This document shows positions 57,499-64,000 of a DNA stretch of 64,000 nucleotides, piece by piece; within the stretch, counting starts at the first letter, position 1, and each line of letters opens with the position of its first letter. Where the stretch lies: assembly GCA_965248435.1 (NCBI GenBank), contig OZ252100.1, positions 2,816,001 through 2,880,000 of the forward strand, in the 5' to 3' direction. Made by a program: the position numbers and the translations under genes. Under the pieces are notes generated by a model. The model was not told where the DNA came from. It saw only the letters and a list, made by a program, of their open reading frames with translations, and made no database searches. Source of the DNA: Candidatus Latescibacterota bacterium (GTDB lineage Bacteria; Latescibacterota; UBA2968; GCA-2709665).

Positions 57499-58200
57499 TT
57501 AAGTCAAATCCAGTTCAGGCTTTTCCTCAAGAAGATCCGGCCTTCGTTCACGCGTACGTCTGATCGCCTCTTCTCGTCGCCAGGTTTCGATCAGCCGATG
57601 ATTCCCACTCAACAACACTTCAGGTACAGACAAGTCCTCAAAAACCTCCGGACGCGTATACCACGGGCAGTCCAACAGTCCATTCTGAAACGAGTCTTCC
57701 AGCGCCGATTCAGCGTCACCAATCGCCCCGGGGATCAACCTCACCACGGCGTCGATCAACACGAGCGCCGGTAGTTCCCCGCCACTCACTGCGTAGTCCC
57801 CGATCGAGATCTCCTCAGTCACATAACGCTCACGGATGCGTTCGTCGATACCCCGGTAGTGTCCGCACAACAGAACAAGATTCTCCTCCATCGACAGCCG
57901 GTTTGCGGTCTCCTGATCCAACCGCTTCCCTTCCGGCGTCAAGAAGATCACACGCTCCAGAGAACCTCCGTCCGCGGCGATCGACTTCAGCGCGCGTGCG
58001 ATCGGCTCTGGCTTGAAGACCATCCCGGCGCCGCCGCCGTAGGGCGTGTCGTCCACAGACCTGTGGACATCGTCGGTGTGGTCTCTCAGGTCGTGAACGT
58101 CCAGCTTCACGAGACCGGATTTGATCGCTCGGCCCGGAATGCTGTAAGAGAGCGCAAGCTCGACCAAATCTGGAAAAATCGTCAATACATCGATACGCAC
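57499..58200 (-). CDS. trmD: tRNA (guanine37-N1)-methyltransferase
   Basis: VDDTPYGGGAGMV, CGHYRGIDER, SIGDY..SGGE, LLSGNH. Confidence 0.98.
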   Translation of the reverse strand: MRIDVLTIFPDLVELALSYSIPGRAIKSGLVKLDVHDLRDHTDDVHRSVDDTPYGGGAGMVFKPEPIARALKSIAADGGSLERVIFLTPEGKRLDQETANRLSMEENLVLLCGHYRGIDERIRERYVTEEISIGDYAVSGGELPALVLIDAVVRLIPGAIGDAESALEDSFQNGLLDCPWYTRPEVFEDLSVPEVLLSGNHRLIETWRREEAIRRTRERRPDLLEEKPELDLT

Positions 58201-58213
58201 GGCGCAACTCCGA

Positions 58214-58738
58214 TCACAGAAGCCCCTCCATGTCGCGAATAACCAGACGGCCCCCGGACTTGTCGATTCGAATCAGATCCTTAATCGCGGGCAGCAAAAC
58301 CTCTTCTCCATCCCGGTCCACTACATAGACGTCGTTCGCCGGCATAGGAAGCACATCCGCGACCCGCCCGATTCGCTCCCCCGCCTCGGTCTCGACTTCT
58401 AGGCCCACAATCTCAAAAACGTAATGGAAACCTTCCGGAAGGGGGTGAACCTCCTCCCGCCGAACCACGAGCAGGCTGCCTCTCAACTCAGCAACGGCTT
58501 CAGGCGTCTCGATTCCGTCGAATTTTATCGCCATCCGATTACCGTATGCTCGGATGTTCTCGACGCCCAGCCTGTTTCGCGATCCATCCGGCCGTTCCAG
58601 CAGGACCTCGTCAAGATCCTCAAACCGTTCAACGAAGTCGGTCAAAGGCATGAAAAATGCCTCGCCTCGGACCCCGCGCGGTCGAAGAATCTTCCCGATG
58701 GCGACGAACGCGCTCGACTCTGACTTTGCCTCTGGCAA
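58214..58738 (-). CDS. rimM: Ribosome maturation factor RimM
   Basis: IGKI..P.GVRGE, ANDVYVV, LLPA; lies between rpsP and trmD. Confidence 0.95.
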   Translation of the reverse strand: MPEAKSESSAFVAIGKILRPRGVRGEAFFMPLTDFVERFEDLDEVLLERPDGSRNRLGVENIRAYGNRMAIKFDGIETPEAVAELRGSLLVVRREEVHPLPEGFHYVFEIVGLEVETEAGERIGRVADVLPMPANDVYVVDRDGEEVLLPAIKDLIRIDKSGGRLVIRDMEGLL

Positions 58739-58741
58739 GGC

Positions 58742-59062
58742 TCAGGCCTCAGCAGGCTCCTCTGCCCCGCTACCGCCCCCTTCAGGCCCGGCCGCTGTGG
58801 GCTCAGGGATTCCGCGCCAGCGCCTCAAGATGCCTTCCCGCCTGAGCAGACTTCTAGCCGTATCAGAAGGCTGAGCACCTTTAGACAGCCAGTGCAGAAT
58901 GCGATCTTCGTGCAGCTTCAAGACCTCCGGGTTCTTCGTCGGATCATAGTAGCCTAGGTTTTCGACGAAGCGTCCGTCCCTCGGAGAGGTACCCTCGGCA
59001 GCAACCAAACGGTAGAAGGGAGCGTTCTTGGCGCCCTTTCGAGTCAGTCGTATCCTGAGCAA
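58742..59062 (-). CDS. rpsP: 30S ribosomal protein S16
   Basis: IRLTRKGAK..PFYRLV, PRDGRFVE.LG.YDP, W..KGAQPSDT. Confidence 0.98.
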   Translation of the reverse strand: MLRIRLTRKGAKNAPFYRLVAAEGTSPRDGRFVENLGYYDPTKNPEVLKLHEDRILHWLSKGAQPSDTARSLLRREGILRRWRGIPEPTAAGPEGGGSGAEEPAEA

Positions 59063-59157
59063 TCGATCACCTCCGTAAAAACATCGTCAACACTTCAATA
59101 ATGAACCGCTACGCTGTTACGACGAGATACGAGAGATATGTCATACGAGGTACGTGC

Positions 59158-60480
59158 TTAGAATGGCATCGACATCCCCTTGCCGACCATCTCACCCCGA
59201 CCCATCCGCTTCATCATCTTCTGCATCGTGTTAAATTGCTTGATCAGCCGGTTGACATCCTGAACCTTCGTCCCGCTTCCCCGGGCGATGCGGCGCCTCC
59301 GGCTCCCGTTGAGCATCTGCGGGTTCGCTCGCTCCTGGCGTGTCATCGAACAGATCACCGCCTCCACCTGCACGAAAGCGTCTTCCGTGACTTGAACGCC
59401 CTTCAGCGCCTTCCCTGCTCCAGGGATCATCTGCATCACCTGATCCAGAGGCCCCATCTTGCGAACCTGATCCAGCTGCTCCCGAAAGTCGTCAAAGGTG
59501 AATGACGCCGTTCGAAGCTTCTTTTGGAGCTTGCGTGCCTGCTCGACTTCTACGGCCTGCTCCGCCTTTTCAACCAGGGTGACCACGTCTCCCATGCCCA
59601 TGATGCGCGACGCCATACGCTCCGGATGAAAGGGCTCGAGACCCTCCAGCTTTTCACTCACCCCAACAAACTTGATCGGAACCCCGGTCACTTCACGGAT
59701 CGAGACCGCCGCACCACCGCGCGTATCGCTGTCCATCCTCGTCAGCACGACGCCGGTAAACTGGAGTCGCTCGTGAAAGGCCGCTGCCGTCGAGACCGCA
59801 TCCTGTCCCGTCATCCCATCGGCGACAAACAGAATCTCCGACGGATCGACGGCCTCTTTGATCCTCGCGGCCTCATCCATCCGATCTTCATCCACGTGCA
59901 GCCTGCCTGCCGTGTCCATGATGACCGGATCCAGGCCTTCGGTCTTCGCCCGGGCGAGGCCATCAACACAGGTCTTCACCGGATCGTTCGTTTCGTCAGG
60001 CACCTGGACGGCGACTTCGATCGATTCACCAAGGATCGTGAGCTGCTCGACAGCCGCGGGACGTGTGACATCCGCGGCGACCAGTAGCGGGCGCCGACCC
60101 ATCGACTTGACGAGTCTGGCGAGCTTTGCTGCGGTCGTCGTCTTTCCGCTGCCCTGAAGACCGATCATAAGCACGACATTCGGTGGCGATCCGGAAATCT
60201 GAAGCCCTTCGTGCGAACCTCCGAGCAGCTTCACCATTTCGCCGTGGACCGCCTTGACAATCTGCTGGCCTGGCGTGATGCTCTTGAGCACGTCCTGACC
60301 GAGGGCCCGAGTCTTTACGCCGTCCACGAACGACTTGGCCACCTTGTAGTTGACGTCTGCCTCCAGAAGGGCCCGGCGCACATCCCGAAGCGCCTCCTCC
60401 ACATTGGCCTCGGTCAACTTGCCGCGGCTTCGCAGGTTCTTGAAAACTGCTTCTAATTTTTCGGTTAAATGGTCGAACAT
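59158..60480 (-). CDS. ffh: Signal recognition particle protein Ffh
   Basis: ALLEADV, GLQGSGKTT, DTAGR, RRRRIARGSG M-domain. Confidence 0.98.
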   Translation of the reverse strand: MFDHLTEKLEAVFKNLRSRGKLTEANVEEALRDVRRALLEADVNYKVAKSFVDGVKTRALGQDVLKSITPGQQIVKAVHGEMVKLLGGSHEGLQISGSPPNVVLMIGLQGSGKTTTAAKLARLVKSMGRRPLLVAADVTRPAAVEQLTILGESIEVAVQVPDETNDPVKTCVDGLARAKTEGLDPVIMDTAGRLHVDEDRMDEAARIKEAVDPSEILFVADGMTGQDAVSTAAAFHERLQFTGVVLTRMDSDTRGGAAVSIREVTGVPIKFVGVSEKLEGLEPFHPERMASRIMGMGDVVTLVEKAEQAVEVEQARKLQKKLRTASFTFDDFREQLDQVRKMGPLDQVMQMIPGAGKALKGVQVTEDAFVQVEAVICSMTRQERANPQMLNGSRRRRIARGSGTKVQDVNRLIKQFNTMQKMMKRMGRGEMVGKGMSMPF

Positions 60481-60553
60481 CCTCTCCCTCTCCAAAAAAG
60501 GCGTAGACCGAATAATATATTATAAATCCTATACTTTCGCAACTGAGATTTCT

Positions 60554-61216
60554 TCAAACATGCCCTTCGACAGCCCGATGGATTGCGGCCACATTCTTGG
60601 CGACACCGCCCCTCCCGAAGATCGCCGTCCCCGCGACAAGAACCCCGACTCCGGCCGCGACGGCGTCCCCGGCGTTCGCCACGCCGATGCCCCCATCGAT
60701 CTCGATCTCCGTGTCCAGGCCCCTGCGATCGATCTCCTCCTTTAACGATCTGACCTTCGTAAGAGACTCCGGCATGAACGCCTGGCCGCCAAACCCGGGT
60801 TCCACGGACATCACGAGCGCGAGGTCCAGCTGGTCAAGAAGCGGGAACAGCGCGGAGACCGGCGTGGCCGGCCTGATCGTCCCACCGGATCGGACGCCGG
60901 CATCCCGGATGCGACCCAAAAGTTCACCGACATCGGCATCGATCTCAGTGTGGACCGTCAGGATGTCGGCGCCGCTCTCCACGAATATCTCCAAATACTT
61001 ACCCGGGTCGCTGATCATCAAATGAACATCAAGGATAAGGTCTGTTTTCTTCCGGATCGCCTCAATAACTATGGGACCGAAGGTCAGATTCGGCACGAAA
61101 TGACCATCCATCACATCCAGGTGAATGTAGTCCACACCCGCTGCCTCCACCTCACGAATCTCCCGCTCGAGTGAACTGAAGTCCGCAGACAGGAATGAAG
61201 GCGCGATCTTGACCAT
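60554..61216 (-). CDS. rpe: Ribulose-phosphate 3-epimerase
   Basis: IAPS.LSADF, HLDVMDGHFVPNLTFG, MSVEPGFGGQ, IDGG. Confidence 0.98.
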   Translation of the reverse strand: MVKIAPSFLSADFSSLEREIREVEAAGVDYIHLDVMDGHFVPNLTFGPIVIEAIRKKTDLILDVHLMISDPGKYLEIFVESGADILTVHTEIDADVGELLGRIRDAGVRSGGTIRPATPVSALFPLLDQLDLALVMSVEPGFGGQAFMPESLTKVRSLKEEIDRRGLDTEIEIDGGIGVANAGDAVAAGVGVLVAGTAIFGRGGVAKNVAAIHRAVEGHV

Positions 61217-61238
61217 GTCGTCCCCCTCTCGATAGTCC

Positions 61239-61973
61239 CTACAGCTTGCTCACGACGAGATCGATACGTGTTCCCCGCTTCACTTCTTCGCCAGGTTCCG
61301 GAACCTGGCGAAGGATGAAATTCGGAAGATATTCCGTGCTGAACTCATATCGGATTGTGCCAACGCGAAGGCCTGCGCCCGAGACCACATTGCGGGCATT
61401 CTCCAGGTCACGGGAGACAAGGTTTGGCACTGGCACGATCTTCCTCGGGGGTCCATTGCTGATCACCAGGGAAACAAGGTGGCCCTCATCGACCTCCTCA
61501 CCCGCCTCGGGAACCTGAAGCATCACAAACCCCTCCTTCACCCGGAATGAGGCGTCCTCAGTCACTTCACCCACCTCAAGTCCACTCTGCTCGATCCAAA
61601 GCCGGGCTTGGCGCAGCGTCTTCCCTTCGAGATCGGGCACGGCGTAAAGGCGCCTGCCCTTACTGGGTACTGCATAGACGGTCCGATTCTGTTTCACTCT
61701 GGAAAAGGCCAGTGGGTTCTGAGACACGATTCGACCTTCCAGAATCCGATCATCCCAGCGGGGGTCTTGCATCCTTAGCCTGAGTCCGTACCTGGACAAT
61801 TTCTTGCGTGCTTGAGACGGCGTGAGGTCTACCAGGTCCGGGACTTCTACTTGCATCCCCTTCCGAACAAGGTTGGGCATAATGACCATATCCAGCAGGA
61901 TGAGCCCCACCGTGCCCGTGAAAACCGCGCAGGCTGCGAACAGCGCAACTTCCCGCAGGAAGGTCCTGAGCAT
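61239..61973 (-). CDS. Membrane-anchored triple-PASTA-domain protein
   Basis: N-terminal TM and three VP(D/N)L...Q.P..G repeats. Confidence 0.9.
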   Translation of the reverse strand: MLRTFLREVALFAACAVFTGTVGLILLDMVIMPNLVRKGMQVEVPDLVDLTPSQARKKLSRYGLRLRMQDPRWDDRILEGRIVSQNPLAFSRVKQNRTVYAVPSKGRRLYAVPDLEGKTLRQARLWIEQSGLEVGEVTEDASFRVKEGFVMLQVPEAGEEVDEGHLVSLVISNGPPRKIVPVPNLVSRDLENARNVVSGAGLRVGTIRYEFSTEYLPNFILRQVPEPGEEVKRGTRIDLVVSKL

Positions 61974-62104
61974 AAAGAGGCCATCTGAAGCTGGAGATTG
62001 GGTCGAAGGAAGGCTGCCTGGAAGTCAGAAAATAGAACAACGGTCTCCGACTGTCAAGCCGCGGAGTTTTCCACGTACGCTCAATCGAATCGAGTGACGA
62101 GAAG

Positions 62105-62917
62105 TCACCGGGACCCTCCACGCACGGTAAGGGAGGCTCGGTGTGAGACGCCGAGTATCGTGTGGTAAACAGTCGCGTAGTCCAGCCCGAATCGCCCTCG
62201 CTGAAGTCCGATTCCGAACGAGAGGCGCTCTGGCTGCCCACCCGCACCTGAACGCAGCGTCAACATTCTTCCAGACCCATATTCCACGCCCACGCTCAGG
62301 CCAGTCGGCGTCCCAACCTCTTTCTTTACATCAACTTGAAGAACCACGTTCGAAGCGGTTTCGAACGCGATTCCCATCATTCCACCCTGTCCCAATACCT
62401 CCACATCCCTCCCGCTCACATTCCACGATGATACCGCCCAGACCACCCTTTCTGTTATGAATGCCCGTACGCCAAGATCGAATGCAAACCATTTCAGGCT
62501 TTCTATTCCATCGACGTCCAGCTGCATCCTCCGCACGCCGATACCCAAACCCAACTTTTGTGAAAAGGCGCATCCATAGGTCAACCCGATCGCGCGCTCT
62601 TTGAATAGCTCATACCCGTAACTCTGATAACTCAGCCCCGCGGCACCCACACCCGTCCTGAATACGACACCGAAGGCCTGGGTTTGCAGTTCCTTCATCC
62701 CAAAAGGCCGATCGTAGCCTACGGTCGCCTCGATCCCCGGAAGCCACGCAATCGATGCCGGGTTCCAGAACAGGGCCTCCGCACCATCGGCCATCCCGGC
62801 GAACGTATCCCCCATACCCCCGGCCCTCGCCCCGATCGGACGGAACTCGAACGCCGGCTCGGCGGTGACAGGGAGGAATAGGGCTAATGGAATCGCTAAT
62901 GCAATGCGCCTAAACAA
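62105..62917 (-). CDS. PorV/PorQ-like outer-membrane beta-barrel protein
   Basis: Signal peptide, GARAGGMG.....D..A.FWNPA, DY...H..LG.SHR.S. Confidence 0.7.
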   Translation of the reverse strand: MFRRIALAIPLALFLPVTAEPAFEFRPIGARAGGMGDTFAGMADGAEALFWNPASIAWLPGIEATVGYDRPFGMKELQTQAFGVVFRTGVGAAGLSYQSYGYELFKERAIGLTYGCAFSQKLGLGIGVRRMQLDVDGIESLKWFAFDLGVRAFITERVVWAVSSWNVSGRDVEVLGQGGMMGIAFETASNVVLQVDVKKEVGTPTGLSVGVEYGSGRMLTLRSGAGGQPERLSFGIGLQRGRFGLDYATVYHTILGVSHRASLTVRGGSR

Positions 62918-62944
62918 TGCGGTTTTCTTTCTTTGCTGTCGATC

Positions 62945-63564
62945 GCTGGATCACGGAATTCACGGAACCCCACACCCCCCACCCTGAAAATACGGAAGGA
63001 TCTATGTCTCGATGCTGACCCCCCACCGTTTCTTGATTCAATTGACGATTCGCTTGATGCCCAACCTGATGGATCCGAAATTCAGCAGGAGACCTACTTT
63101 ATAACCTGACGCCCTCAGATAGGAAAGTGTCTGCTCAAAGTCCCTAGGCTCAAGCATCGCTTTGGCTTTGACCTCTAGCAATCGGTCTCCGACAACAAAA
63201 TCCACGCGACGGGTATGGAGTCTTATCCCCTTGTAGTTCACCGGGACCCATACCTCTCGTCCAAACTCCATTCTTCTGGATTTGAACTCGTGAGCAAGCG
63301 CACGCTGGTACGTCAGCTCTTGAAAATGGGGTCCCAGGACCCGATGCACCTCAAGGGCGATGCCGATAATCTCTTCAGTCTGCTTGTCGGGATGGGGCTT
63401 CGGCATTATCTCAACTCTAGCAGATCGATTCTGGGAAGTGGGGGGCTCCGTGCCCTCCGCGCACCCCAGGGATTTCCCGATCAAGCGCCACCTCAGGTCT
63501 TTCACACTTCGCTCGAATCTTTCCATATACCTGGCGCATCTAGCCATGGCTTCCGTGATCCAGC
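62945..63564. mobile_element. IR-bounded GxxExxY cassette (putative)
   Basis: Perfect 14-bp IR GCTGGATCACGGAA (62945-62958) / TTCCGTGATCCAGC (63551-63564) around the gene. Confidence 0.55.
63038..63406 (-). CDS. GxxExxY protein (PD-(D/E)XK nuclease fold)
   Basis: IIG.A.EVH..LGP.F.E..YQ.AL, R.DF.V...LEVKA, Q..SYL..SG..VGLLLNFG. Confidence 0.92.
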   Translation of the reverse strand: MPKPHPDKQTEEIIGIALEVHRVLGPHFQELTYQRALAHEFKSRRMEFGREVWVPVNYKGIRLHTRRVDFVVGDRLLEVKAKAMLEPRDFEQTLSYLRASGYKVGLLLNFGSIRLGIKRIVN

Positions 63565-63813
63565 CACTGAGCAACCCCCATACCACTCACCGTCTACCCG
63601 CATCCGCTACCACTATCCCATTTAATCACAAGGCGTTGTTGACCATCAACAGAAATCTCCCCAGGAATTCGCAGTTTCACCTGCGATCTCCAGCAGGACA
63701 TCTCTTTCACTTCTGTAACCTGTCACGAGACAAAAGAGGCCAGTGAGCGATGCTCACAGGCCTGGTGATTGAATGGACGGGGGGGGAATCGGTATTTATC
63801 CTATATTTGCACC

Positions 63814-64000
63814 ATGGAAACCGCGATCACGCGACGGAAGACCCTCAATCACGGATGGGTCTACACCGATCGGATCCAGCAGGATATTGCCGGCCAATCG
63901 GTCCTTGAGTTCTATACGTCGCGACATACGCACTCGTCTGAGGCCGCCTGGAGAAAACGCATACAGACCGGCGAGGTCCACCTCGACGGAGAACGCACCA
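63814..64000 (+). CDS. RluA-family pseudouridine synthase, N-terminus (runs off window)
   Basis: METAITRRKTLNHGWVYTDRI...FYTSRHTHSSEAAWRKRIQTGEVHLDG, an S4-like N-terminus. Confidence 0.65.
   Translation, partial: METAITRRKTLNHGWVYTDRIQQDIAGQSVLEFYTSRHTHSSEAAWRKRIQTGEVHLDGERT

Overview
Bacterial chromosomal window of about 55-60% GC. The gene mix (PorV/PorQ-like barrel, PASTA protein, DUF3098, LEPR-XLL adhesin, several DUF342 proteins) suggests an FCB/PVC-type lineage such as Latescibacterota; this is inference. The right end (56.7-64 kb) is core genome: tRNA-Val(UAC), rplS-trmD-rimM-rpsP-ffh, rpe, a PASTA protein, a PorV-like protein, GxxExxY and an RluA fragment. Left of the tRNA are three further tRNA-Val-derived copies (52.0, 50.8, 43.3 kb) that delimit cargo blocks with no integrase. 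The first 43 kb is an accessory, signalling-rich region: PAS/HD-GYP, a sigma54 activator, kinases, many receiver proteins and mer-like genes. It also holds three DUF342/FapA proteins, a giant LEPR-XLL/RTX adhesin with 17 roughly 46-aa repeats truncated by IS30, two IS30 copies and several freshly broken genes. The best leads are: (i) small genes (four-helix-bundle, GxxExxY) bracketed by inverted 7/9-nt periodic arms, with empty arm copies throughout the window; (ii) a shared TTGTTC-N8-G(A/C)AC 19-bp-period operator upstream of both the adhesin and a FapA-receiver operon; (iii) the tRNA-Val att/pseudo-tRNA ladder. All product calls come from motif recognition by eye; no database searches were run.
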